From: Geosiphon pyriformis uo1
Taxonomy: Eukaryota; Fungi; Glomeromycota
Assembly (NCBI GenBank): GCA_016748015.1
Contig: JAAOMT010000439.1
Coordinates: 269,527-333,526 of the forward strand
DNA length: 64,000 nucleotides
Direction: 5' to 3'
Shown one piece after another: positions 38,449 through 50,900 of this stretch; the stretch's first letter is position 1; every line of letters starts with the position of its first letter. The translations under genes and the position numbers were made by a program. The notes beneath the pieces are model-generated. The model saw only the letters and a list, made by a program, of their open reading frames with translations, was not told the origin of the DNA and did no database searches.

Positions 38449-40720
38449 ACTCTTTGTTTTCTTAATTTTATGACCATGATCAGAGCAAAGAGTAAAAAAG
38501 CTGCACCTGATATTTGTTCTGAGATATCTAATAAAATTTCAACCAGAGAAGCTCTTTTTGTTATAGAAACAACTAAGCAAAATGTTTTAGAAGCCTTTCT
38601 TTTACCTAGTAATCGTGATAAGCTGCCTTTGATAGCCATTGAAGCAATTTCTTCATCTTTGGCTGGTTTCTTACCAGTCAAAATTCCCTCAAAGAAACAC
38701 ACTTGGATTAGTCCCAGTGTTGCCTCTACTCCAACTAAGAGCCCAAAAGTTTTTAATAATAGACCAGTAAATAAACTGGTTTTTTTCTTCATAGATCCAA
38801 CATCTGGTGCTGCTAGTGCCACCTCTTCAAAAAAAATGGTCAAAAAGACCAAAAGTTCAAAAAAGTGGAAGCAGTTACTTGTTTCTGCTATTGTTATACC
38901 AAACTCCTTTGTGGTTCTCAATAAGATTTTAAATGAGATCTTCATAGCATCATCTGGTGTATCATCCAAGATGAATTTGGATTAACCACTGACTATGTTG
39001 CCAAATACAGTGTTTTCTAATAGATCATTACTGGTTTTAGAAGTGCAACAATCTCCTCTTGTTAAATTATCTGTTCTTGAGAACTGGACTGATCAAATAG
39101 AAACTGAATTATTCTCTTCTCTAGTTTTTGGTGTTATTTCTGGTAGTGCTTAAAAAACTATTACTAGTTGTCAAAAGTTTGCTAAATAGATGGCCTCCAC
39201 TTTGGTGCTTGATACTACTTTTAAGATTAAATTGGCTCATATTAAGGCTGTTTTTCAGTCAGTACATGGTTTTTTGGGTGCAAAGTCAGTATCAAAAAAC
39301 AATATAAAGCTGTTTTGTGTAGAGTTTGCTTCTCAAGTGTTTTTGGAAGCTGTATTTTTGGTTGAATTTACAAGCTCTGTACATTTGGCCACCCTCAAAA
39401 TTGCCAAGTCTTTGGTAGTTTCTGAGTCTGGTTCTCTTTTTGCTACTGTTGTATGGTGTGATATGCCCTTGGATGTGTTTGCTGCTAATATTAAGACAGC
39501 TCTCAATGTGTTTAATAGTGTCACTCATGTTGTGCTGAAGTCTGTTGGTATTTGGCAGTATGTAGTGGTTTATTTTGAGAAGTTAGACTCTGTTATGTCT
39601 GCTTTAAATTATTGGTCAGTTTTGGTAGACAAGGATAGTATTAGAATCTTCTCTCTGATGAATCAAAATAAGACTATTTTGTTTCATGATAAGTTTAAGA
39701 CCAAGTTGGTTAATCTTTCTTTTGGATGTACAGCTTTTGAGATTAGTAATATAATCTCTTAAGTTGGTGGTCGGACATGTTTTATCTCTTATTTTTTTGA
39801 GTCTGGTCATCATTTCCAGTTTGCTCTGGTTACATTTGGTTCTCAAGCTGATTTGAACTTTGCTATTATCAAGACTGGTACACTGAAAAAATGCCATATT
39901 TGGTGGGAAACTTCTGGTTGTCGGCATTATTTCAAGTATTAAGAGTTGGGCCATCTGGCTGTGGACTATAAGATTTTTCCACCTCTTTCTCCCAAGTTTT
40001 CCAAGATGTTTACATCATGTTTTGTTGGTTCTAAGTTTTATGCTAAGACTTTTGCTCTCTTGAGCTTCTCTGGATTTCTATTTTTGTCACCTTTTGTTTC
40101 TTTTCCAGTTGTTGTTAGTAATTCTTTGGTGCTGTTTTATTTGTCTTCTTTAGAATCTAATTTAACTAAGCTTTTTGCTTTGGTTGAGTTTATTGTTAAG
40201 CCTATTGGCTCTTTGGTTACAACTTTTGAACAGTTTATTAATGATGATTTGGTTTTAAGTAGTGCTCTTGGTCTTAGAATCAATGAGATTTTAATACATA
40301 TAAGTTTCTTTAGTAGAACTGTTGATAAGTTGGGATAAGAAGTGGTTTCTTTAAAAAAAAAATGCTGCATGGAGAATATTAATATGTCTGATAATTCTGG
40401 GCCCCTGTCTGTTGTGGATGATGAAGTGTTTTCCAACTTGATGTCCCTTTGGGAACATAAGTTTGTTAATGTTAAAACTGATCCTTTTAAAACTGCTAAG
40501 TAGCTAGTTGGTTTGGTTTCTTGCAGTACAACTTTGTTTTCTGTCATTCAAAAGATGTCATCTTTGGATAAGTTTTCTTCTATAGCATTAGTGTAGTGTG
40601 TTCTTGACTGGTCCAAGTGGCTGGTTACATGTAGAAAATACATGATTAGCATCTAGTTTAGATTATTTCTTTGATGTATTGTTTTAGGTAGCTTTTAAAA
40701 ATAAAAAAATAAAAAAAAAA
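38449..40720 (+). mobile_element. ORF1-only non-autonomous non-LTR retroelement, copy 2
   Basis: Same 5' end as copy 1. The single ORF is followed directly by the LINE tail (40600-40695) and an A-rich end. Possible TSD AATACTATT (38427-38435 / 40719-40727). Confidence 0.88.
38470..40596 (+). pseudogene. LINE ORF1-like protein (708 aa) with in-frame stops
   Basis: Track ORFs 38470, 39190 and 39946 share one frame (709 codons to TAG at 40594-40596). The first ~500 aa are closely similar to copy 1, and the CCHC is eroded. Confidence 0.85.
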
Positions 40721-41357
40721 TACTATTTTTAATAATATTAAAAATTTTAAAATAAATGGTTTTTATTTTAATATTTAATAAAACTACTAAAATTAAAATA
40801 ACTTATATTAAAACTGTATTTTAATTTTTATCTGAATTTTTTAATTTAAAATCAAATATTAAAAACAATATTAAATTTTTTTATATAAAGTTTGTATTTT
40901 AAGTTTTTTTAAATATTTTTTTATAAATTAAGCTTACAAAATTACTTTTTTTTTACTTTTAAAATTGCAAAACTTTTGTAATTTTTTGTATTTATTTATG
41001 TTTTTGTTGTTGTTTTTTGTAATATTGTTTTAAAAATTATTATAAATAATTTTAAAAATATTATAAGTGTTTTTAATAAAATTTTTAATATTAAATTAAA
41101 TTTTGTTAATTAATAATAATATAATATTATATATTTTAAGTTTTATATAAATTTTTTTTTACTATGTTTTATAAATACAATTCAATTACTATTTAATATA
41201 TAGAATAAAAAAAAAAAAAAACTTTTTTCTCTCCTTTGTCCAAAATTCCCAAAAAAAAGTCAAAAAGTTTTTTTGAAAGAAGTTTTTTACCATTCAGTAT
41301 GATAAATCAAAACCATTCTTCGATTACGAAGCCACTGTTGGCTCTGTTATTGCTGTT

Positions 41358-43151
41358 ATGAAAAAAACTGCTAAAGTTTCTGGTTCTGAGAGTGGTTTTA
41401 AGGCGGTTGCATCAAAGAAAAAGAGGAAGGGAGGTGCATTGGTAGAAGGTGTTGATAATGGAAGGGTTGCTGCTGAAGTTCCTGGTGTTTGTTCATGGGG
41501 TTCAGAGACTGGAGACACTACTGAGTCTGAAAGTGTTGATATGGAAGAGGAGTGTTTGGTGGAGGAAACCAGCTTTGATTATGGTGAAGGTGGAGCTCTG
41601 GCTGGTAGAGATTATGATCAAACACCCACAAGTTCGAAGGTTAAAACCAAAAAGGTGTTGGGCAAGCCATTGGAAAAGATTGACTTCTCAAAAGATGGTA
41701 GTGATGATGGTGTTCTCTCGGATGCTCCTCTTGAGCTCCCTCCTTCTATGAAAAATTTGGTCAATGTTCCAATCAGAAAGTCATTTGCATTGAATATTGG
41801 CTTGGATAAAGTGGCCGGCAAATCTTCTCAGGAAAAACTTGTGGTGGTGAGGAAATTATTTTCTGGAATCAATGGTTTTGGGGGGGCATCTACCTCCTCA
41901 AAATTCTCAATGATCATCAGGGCGATGTTCACTTCCGAATCGAGTCTAATGAAAGCTACTGATAAAGCTGCGAGTGCAAAGATCTTAGTAAATGCCGATC
42001 TCAAAAAATCATCTGGGTGATCAGATTGGGCTGTGGTCATAAAGGAAATTCCTGTTGGAACATTGGCTAAGGCTGTGCACGCTGCACTATCCGAGTTTGG
42101 AGTTATTAAGATGATCAAGATGCAGTTAATTGAGCTGTGGCAGAAGGCAGTGGTGGAATTCGAACGATCGGATCAGGCTGATTTGGTTGCAGCTGAGTGG
42201 TCCATTTTAATCGGGAAAGATGCTGTATGTGTGGCCAGGACTGATTCAGACAAGAAGACATGGGATGTAAGGAACCAACATAGGACGCTGCTCTACACTT
42301 TGCTGATGGGGACCAACACTCATGATATCTGGAACTTTGTTAGATCTGTGGATGGGAAAACATGCGTCATTGATCGTCATTCTGTTACGTATGCTCGGGC
42401 CAGATGTGCTGTTGTTTGTTTTGACTCTGCTGAATCATTGGATGCTGCTGTGGGAACTATGCCAATACTCAGGAACACCAATCTCCGCTGGTCTCGCTTC
42501 ATTTCTGCTAAATGCGCCAAGTATGAGAAATTGGGTTACACATCATTGGGTTGTGCAGTTGGTGGGAAATTATCTTTTGGTAGTTCGCTGCATAGGGTTT
42601 TCTCAGATACAGATAAAAGCAGGCTGGCAACCATCTATGCCAAACGCTCGGCTCCAGTTGCCCGTCCAGTCTCTTTTGGTGATCTCTCTTGGGCAAAAGT
42701 TGCTCATGGGTCTTTTTTGCTCCCCCTTTTTGGTCAGAATGTTGTGGTGAACAATGGCTCCTCTTCAGAAATGAAGCCATCCCAACTGGTTATGATAGAA
42801 GTCAACGATAGGTTCACCGCTCTTGAACGCAGTCTCACCAGCCTTGCAGAGCAAGTTGGTAAGCTGGCTAAGAGGTTGGATGCACTCGAGTCAATGGTTC
42901 TCCAGCCTAGCCCTGAATGTTAGCCGTTGGTGACCCCTTTATCACAGGATCAAGGGGTGGATGTAGTGATGAGTGAGAGTTTGGGTGTGTCCACTAGTGA
43001 TGGGAACGTTGCGGGAATGGTGTTTTTTGATATGTCTTTGGTGTCTAAGCTGGAAGACAGCATGAAGTGTCTAATGGAAATGGTTCTGGGTCTTTTGGCC
43101 AAAGTGAATAGTTTAGGTGTGCTTTCGGTGTCTCTACCCCTCACTCAATGA
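41358..43151 (+). pseudogene. LINE ORF1 (597 aa; RRM-like, eroded CCHC, coiled coil), 2 internal stops
   Basis: ORFs 41358, 42033 and 42927 are in one frame. CAKYEKLGYTSLGC is a CCHC knuckle with C>Y and H>Y transitions. Heptads are visible in FTALERSLTSLAEQVGKLAKRLDAL. Confidence 0.9.
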
Positions 43152-46100
43152 GCAGTTTAGTCTGAAAAGTTGCTACATGCAATGTCAGGAGCATGAACAA
43201 TCCTGCTAAGCAAGAAGACATTATTAGGTGACATAAGGAAATGAACAATTTGGTCTCTATCATTACTGAAATGAAATTAAAAAGTAAGGTTCGTCCGTAG
43301 ATTGCAGACAAGTTTGATGGTGTCTGAGTGTTTTCTTCTGGTTTGGACTCTGGTCACTTGGGTGCAGGTGTTGCTGTTATCATGGACATTTCTTTGGCTC
43401 GTCATGTGTGCAAGGTTTCTGAGGTGCCTGGTCGGCTCCTTTCTATTAAATTACTTTTCAAGAGTAAACTTTCTGTGTCAATTTTGGGGCTTTATGCTGG
43501 TGCTTCTTCAGTGGTTTGGTTCTCTCAGGCTGATGAAATCAATTTTCTCATTGCGAAGACTGTCAACGAATCTTCTTTCATCATTCTCGGTGGCGATTTT
43601 AATGAAGACGGCTCTCATAAAAGTGCAAGTTTCAAAAGATGCTTTGATTTGGATCTGGTCAATTCTTTAGTTGGTAGCCCGGCTGCAAAAATGCCCACTT
43701 GGGGAAATTCTAGGGATGTTAAGAAAACAATTGATTACGTGTTTGTCTCCTCGAGTCTTGTCAATGCGATAGTGCATCGTGAAGTTTTGAATGTCAGTGA
43801 GCATTTTGACACAGACCATCAAGCTGTTTTAGTGGATTTGGGATTGGGTGGGCTCTTGGATACGCATTTGAATTCTCTTCGCAAGCAAGTGAATAAGGAT
43901 CATTGGAAGTTTGACGTCAAAAGTGCCAATGAAGCTAAGTGGTTGGAGTTCAGGGATGCCTCAGCTGCTAATGTTTCTATGTTCTCAGATGCTTTCGGTA
44001 TGGCAGTAGGATTTTCAGATGTGAACACTATGTGGGACATTGTTCACAAGATTATGGTTCTTTCAGCGGGTGGTACATTTAGGAAAAAATGGTTCAAAGG
44101 TTTTGATGGCGTGTTTACCAAGACTTCTTCTAGGTTTCACAAGCTGGAGCTGCTGGTTTCTAAGTTGGTCAAGGCTTTGTGTTTGGCTTCTAGTGATGGT
44201 TTTGCTTCTTTGTTGGAGGTGTGGCACAGTCTCGACTCCCCTGGTGTGTCGGTAGTTAAGTCTCTGTTTCTTTCAGGTTCTAATTTTGATCTTATTCGTT
44301 TTGTGCTGGCCAAAGCAAGAAAATCATACTGCTCCTTCAAATTAGTGGAATCCAAGCACGCTGAGGAATCCTCGATCAAGCAGGCTATTGGTAAGAGGAT
44401 GGAGAGTTTTGAGCTGAACAAGGGTCACACCATTAGGAGTGTTTTGGAGCGTTTTTTTTACAAGGTAATCCTGGATCATTTGGTCATAGAAGATGAGTTG
44501 ATTTTAGAGCCTGATTTGGTTAAGTCTAAGGTGGACGAAATCATGGAGGGATGGACCAGAAAACGTGAACTGGTGTCTGACTTATCTGAGGATTGGGCTC
44601 GTCAATATCAGCCTCTGAATTACATGTTCAATGGTGCTTTCTCTGATGTCATGTGTTCGATTAGTTTTGATGAGTTGTCAGCTGTTGTTAAGGATCTTCC
44701 TGATGGAAAAGCGACTGGTCTTTCTGGTATCTCCAATGAATTATGGAAACATTGTGACAAATCTGTTTTGGATATGCTTTTGGTGCTATTGAATTTCTGT
44801 TTGGTTGGCGAGTCGGTTCTTGGGCCTTGGAGAAAAGCTTGGGTTTCAATGATTCCTAAACCATATGAATAGAAGGGAGTTCTCATGAACACCCATCCTA
44901 TAGCTTTAATTGAAACGGCCTGCAAGATTCTCTCCAAGATTCTTTCAGATAGGATCTCTCTGGCTTGCAGCACTTTTGATGTTCTTCATGGGAACAATTT
45001 TTCGGTTTTGAAGGGTACGACGACACAATCTTCCATTTTTGCTATCGGTTCTGTGGTTGAGGATGCCTTGGAGAAGAACTGTGAACTTTGGCTGGTTTTA
45101 CAGGACATGCGCAAGGCTTATGACTCAGTTGGTTGGGAACATCTTAAGAAGAGTCTAGTCAGGATCAAAATGTGTGACAGGTTTATTAGATTTTTTGGCA
45201 GTATTCACAATGGTTGCGTCAACAGAGTGATGACTGACTTTGGCTTGACTAATGGGTATTGTGTTCACAATGGGCTGGATTAGGGAGAAGTTTTCTCGCC
45301 TCTTCTCTGGCATATTTTTTATGATTCACTTTTGTGCGAGGTCAAGAGACAGGATAGTATGTATGACTACAGATTGAATTCTCATTTCATATTAAGAACT
45401 GGCCGGATGGATCCTCAAGCTGGGCTGTCTTTGTTTCTTGCTGCCGGCACTTTTGTCGATGATACTATTTGGGTTGGTAGCAGTTAGGCTGCTACACAAT
45501 ACATCCTTGATGTTGCTAGTGAGTTTTTTAGGTTTAACAATATTTCTGTAAACAATGACAAAACAGTGGCCATCCCCATCAATTGCCAGGTGTTGGATCC
45601 TCATTTAACTATCAGTGGTGTGCCTATTTCCATTGCCAAGAGAAGGGAATCTCATCACTATTTAGGTATTTTTTTGTCTTCTGAGGGTCTTTCGAAGCCT
45701 AGCTTGGCTAAAGCCCAGGCTGATGTACGGTTTTTTGTGAATCTTGTTTTGAAAAAAGTGATTTCGGACAAGCAGTATGCATATTTGGTGTCTGCAGTTC
45801 TTTTACCTATCATCAGCTACAGGACTCAGTTCAGTTTCATTTCTGTTGGTGTTTGTAGTAAATGGGATGCTTTGGTATGCAAGGTCTTAAAGTCTAAGTC
45901 TGGATTGCCATGTGATTTCCCCAGTGATGCACTTCATCACCCTTCTTTGTACAATTTAAAAACTTTCAAACAGATCCAGGCTAAGAGTAAATCGGCCTCT
46001 GTTATTGCTTTTGCAAATTCTACTGGTGTCTTGGATCGCTTGTTTTCTCATAGGTCTCATGACCTCCAGGTTCTCAGCTGGCGTTCTCGTCATCCCTTGC

Positions 46101-47836
46101 TGTTTCCAGTTCGTGTTGGTATCAGTCCCTCGGATAATTTTTTGGTGGGTGTGGTTCACATTTTTTCTGGGTGCAATTTGTCTTTGGAAGGCTCTCTAGC
46201 TTGTGCTTTTTGTCATCGGTGCAGTACTTCTATGTCTTTGGTTCTTGGTGAATCCTGTTTTTTCAAGTGCATCTCTTCACTCAGGCATTATGTAATTGCT
46301 TTTGTGGAATAGCTTCATGACCATAATGGTGATGTTTTCAGTTAGGGGACCTTTAAGCGTTGGAAGAGGCTGGACCCTCGTGGCCCAGTCCCTTTTTGGT
46401 TTGATTTTTCTGTTCGCTTTCTTAGTGGTGTTGTGCCTCTCTTCTCAAGTTTTTCTTTGGTAGATGATCATGCTGTGTCTGATATTCATTTTTCTCATGA
46501 TTTTGGTGTGATTTGTGACACTTTGCCGACCATTGATGCTGCCCGCCTTTTTGTGTATACGGATGGATCTCTTTCTGGTCTGGGCACTGTTGACATGAGA
46601 GCAGGTGCTGCTGTTTTTTTTGAGGACATTAACTTGGGTTTGGGTGTTGGGGTGTTTGGTTTGGTTTCTTCTACTCTGACAGAACTGCAAGCCATAGCTT
46701 TGGCCCTTGAGTGTGTTCCTTTTTCTCGTTCAATTAACTTGTTCTCAGATAGCCAGGCTGCTTTGAATGCATGTAGGTCGGAGTCTTTGCTGGTTTGTCT
46801 GGATTTCAGGAACCACTGTTGGATTGAGCGTTATTACATTGCCACTGTCATTCTTCAAAAAAATTTGGATGTGAATTGGGTTAAGATGAGAGGTCATTCA
46901 GGTGTCTCAGGCAACGAACATGCTGATGTGCTTGCCAAAGGTGCTGCTCTCTCTGCTTGGCGCCTACTTCATTTAGTCAGTGAACGTTTTCTATGTGTTG
47001 GTGGTATGGCAGTTTTTGGTAATTCTAGACACTTTGTTCGTGATGTTTTCCAGTCAGTTCATTGAGCTCGTTGGGAGGTTGAAGTAGGTTCTCGTGTTGT
47101 GGATGATAGTTTGCATGCTGATATCAACTGGTCTAAGTTTTCTATGGTGTGGCACCCCGATTCTCACTTGGCATCCAGTTTTACCAGCATGCGCATGGCA
47201 GGCTGTTGTACTTACTTTATGAAGGCTCTCCATCATCAGCTTCCTGTTGCTGTGCACAAGCATTTATATAATAGGAAATACCCCAGTGTGGTTTGTCTGT
47301 TTTGTGATGACGTTGAGATCTCAGATCATGTCTTTTCGTGTCCTCAGGATGCCGTTGGCTGTGCTCATTTGTTGGGCACACATGCTTCAGCTTGGGAGGC
47401 TCTTTCTGGTCTTTCTTGCTCTTCTTCATGTGTCTTACAGGCCTTGGCTTCTTGTGTTTCTGAGGTTGGATTTGGTATTGCTCTGTTTAAGAGCTTTGTT
47501 TTCGATGAATGGTTTCATGAGTCTGTCTTGGTCTTTAAAAATTCTAAGAAGGGTGCTAAGAGGATTGTGAGCTTTGTGCATGAGTTTTGTCTAGCATTTC
47601 GGGATGATGTTTGGTTGGTCCAGACCAAACACTGAGTGTTTATGGAAAAGCATGGTTTAATTCCACATGATGGCTCCGCTCCTGTTTCAGTTTCTGGTTT
47701 GCCTATGGTGTTTTCGGCTGGTGTGGTCAGATTGCTGGGGGTGGCTGAGGCTTTTGGTGTTGGTTTCGGGTTTCATAAGTTTTGTCCATTTTTTTCAGGT
47801 GTTGGAGATTCAGTTTCTGTGCATATAGGTGTATAG
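43148..47836 (+). pseudogene. LINE ORF2 (1562 aa): AP endonuclease, reverse transcriptase, RNase H, C-terminal zinc knuckle; 11 internal stops
   Basis: One frame throughout. Motifs: KVATCNVRS, LGGDFN, TIDYVFV, TDHQAV (APE); PIALIE, QDMRKAYDSV, LD*GEVFSP, FVDD at 45452-45463, YLG (RT); YTDGS, ELQAI, SDSQ, GHSGVSGNEHAD (RNase H); CLFCDDVEISDHVFSC. Confidence 0.95.
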
Positions 47837-47976
47837 TATAATCCTGACTGGCCCAAGTGGCTGGTCACGTGTAGAAAGCGCATGATTTGCACCTAGTTTA
47901 GATCATTTGTATGATGTATAGCACTAGGTCACATTTGGATCTCACTCGTTAAATATAAAAAAAAAAAATATAGAAT

Positions 47977-50900
47977 TAAACTAAATGATTTAACTAAATA
48001 CAATTTATGTTTTTATTACATGTAATTAGCTATTCAAACCAATTTAAACAATATTAAACATTTATATATATAACCAAACTATTACTAATTCCAAAATAAA
48101 ATACACAGAATATACACTTATCAAAACTTATTATTATTAGCTTAATAATATTAAGTATATAAATTATTCTATCTGATAAATCTAAACAAAATATATTAAT
48201 TGCATTTAATATTACACTATTATTACTTATTAATCCAGTTTTTTTTATCTTTGACTTAAGCTTAATCCTAATTAATTATATTTTGCAGTAATAGTGTTTG
48301 ATTAATTAATAAAAAAAAGTCACTAATATAAAAATTACACTTTTTTTATTACTATACATTATCAAAATATTCTTGAAAACAAAATATTTGCAAAATACTG
48401 CATATAACTCAATATTTAAAAAACAAAAAAAAAGAAACTATAATACAAAAAAAAACATAAATGTTTTCTTATTAGTCAAAAATTTTTAAAACTTAATATG
48501 ACTTATAATCAAATTTTTTTGTTAATTTGTATCTTTTAAACATATAAATAAATAATCAAAAAAATTTACTTAAAAAATAAACAAAAAACATTTGAATACA
48601 ACTTGTTATATAGTTTTTTTTAAACAGCAATTAAGAGTTTTCTATAAACAACTTTCATCATATAAGTTTTAAAACCAACTATAGTTTGACTAGTAAAACC
48701 AACCAGTATATAAAAATCAGAATGCCAAACTAAAGTTATTTAAACTCAATCAATATTACAAATAAGATAACTGACAACAATTTTTGTATTAGAGCTTATT
48801 TTTCAACATATATAAACAATTTTCTTGTAAATATTCTGAACAAAATAATGAACAATACCAAATACTACCACCCTATTAATCATTAAATATCTTTCTAAAA
48901 TTCTAATAAAAAAAACAGAGAACTAACAGCTATTTTGGCCAGTTTATTAGTTTAATTATTATTAAAAATATTTAAATAGCTTTTAATCTTTAATTAAATT
49001 ACTAAAATATCTTTGTTTTTTATTAAATTAACAATATAATATCTTTTTATCTAGCACCAATTGCAAAAATTTAGGTTAAATAAACTAAGTTTCAAAGTAT
49101 ATACATTAATAGCTATTTGGTTATCTAAATATAAAACCATAATACTAAAAAAAAACATGTATTTTAAAGCTAAAACAACAGTTTACAGCTTAGTTATTAT
49201 AAAAAATATTATTCCAAAAATTCCAAAATTAATGCTTACATCTATATTTAAAAAATATATAGCTGTTTTTTCAATTATCTTTAATAAACCAAAATTATTT
49301 AGTGAGTTATTAATGTAAATATCAAAATTATCAACCCAAATCTCGTGTAAAAGATCTTTTACTAATTCAAAACCACTTAATTCCAAAATATTATAAAACA
49401 AAAAATCAGAGATAACAGCTTTATACTTAGTATTAAATACTTTACTTCTTAAAAAATTAGAAGCCATAAAAAACTATGATAAAACAAAACTCTTTAAATT
49501 TAGTTTTTTCTAACAATAAAAAGTTTTTTAAAACATTAACATTCCATATTTATCCAGAAGTTAATTACCAAAAACAATACTAAAGCACTTTAAAAATTAT
49601 ATTACTTTAAAATAAACTGTTTTTTCCAAAATATTAAACATTAAGAATCTATTTAGATTGCAAAAAACATTTAGCAAGTTATTTGCCAATGAAAACTTAT
49701 TAACCAAAAACACTCTTATTATTTTAGCAAAAAAATTGTTCATAAAACTGATCTTTAATCTGACAAAATACTATAAAAAATTGGCTAGAGCTTAGTCCAA
49801 AGTTTGCAAATTCAAAAAATAATAATTCAAAAAATAACTGAGAATATTTTCAAAATTTGTGAACATAATTATTAAAGCTATCTTATCTTTAATTTGCAAT
49901 TATTCAAAAAATTTCAAGTTATAAAACAATAAATAGTACAATATCTTATTTAGAAAGCTTCTAAACAGCTTTGTTTTTAGCTTTAATTACTTTCTAATTA
50001 TGATGTTTTACTTATAGCAAACATTAAGCAAAACAAAACCAAATTGTACATAATAATTAATTATAAAATATAAGACTGTTAAAACCAAAAATAACAAAAC
50101 TGTTTATTTAAAATTGTTTTTTTTAAAATCATATTTGCAAAAAACCCAATATTAGAATAAACTTTGGCCAAATTGGACTTAAATAAATCTTTAATAAAAA
50201 AAATATTCAAGTATTAATATAATTTATTCTTCTTTATAATTAATATAAAATTTCTATTAATTTTTAACAAAATATTTTTTATCCTTTAATTAATAAAAAT
50301 AGCCACTGTCTTATTATTATTTATTAAAATATTATTAATTTTAAAAAACTTATTGGTAATATCCAAAATATATTAAGTAAAAATTAGGCTGTTTTCTATT
50401 TAAATAGTATTATTAACAAAAGTTTCAATTATAAAAAATGGCATTTTTATTTTATTATTCTCTATTTTGTTAATTTTGGCTATAAATTTAATATCTACTT
50501 AATAATTATATACAAAAAAAAATTATAGAAGATCTTTCAAAAAAAAAGTAAAAAAATTTTACTTTAATTCAATTTATTATGTATATAATAGTTATTTAAA
50601 TACTCAAAATTTGTTATTATTCTGTTAACTTTGTTTTAATATATGCTGCCAAAAAACTAATAAACTGTTTACATATTTTAATGTGTTTCAAGTTAGCTCT
50701 TAAATAATATTAATCAACTAAGTTGTATACTTTATATATGTCTTATAAGACTAATTACAACTTCTTATTTTTTTCTAAAACATATTTAACAATTAAGTTT
50801 ACTGCAAACACAAAAAATTAAGTCGATGTATTTTTTAACACTAAAAAATTGTTTTTATAAAAGACACTAAATTTGTTGTATACAAAAAAGATTCAGTTTA

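Larger units (their letters stand above)
41207..47967 (+). mobile_element. Young full-length autonomous-type LINE (APE-RT-RNase H)
   Basis: 9-bp TSD ATATAGAAT (41198-41206, 47968-47976), pyrimidine-rich 5' end, two ORFs, 3' tail and poly(A) at 47957-47967. Confidence 0.95.

Noticed and set aside
41324-47570. Many short alternative-frame and antisense ORFs within the young LINE
   Set aside because: Fully explained by overlap with ORF1/ORF2.
41358-47836. Alternative genetic code or stop-codon readthrough explaining the in-frame stops
   Set aside because: The stops replace Trp, Gln and Arg inconsistently, and host genes use standard stops, so mutation is the simpler explanation.
47843-47880. 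Possible hammerhead ribozyme (CTGA...GAAA) in the LINE tail
   Set aside because: The core reads CUGACUG, not CUGANGA, and the three-stem junction cannot be built.
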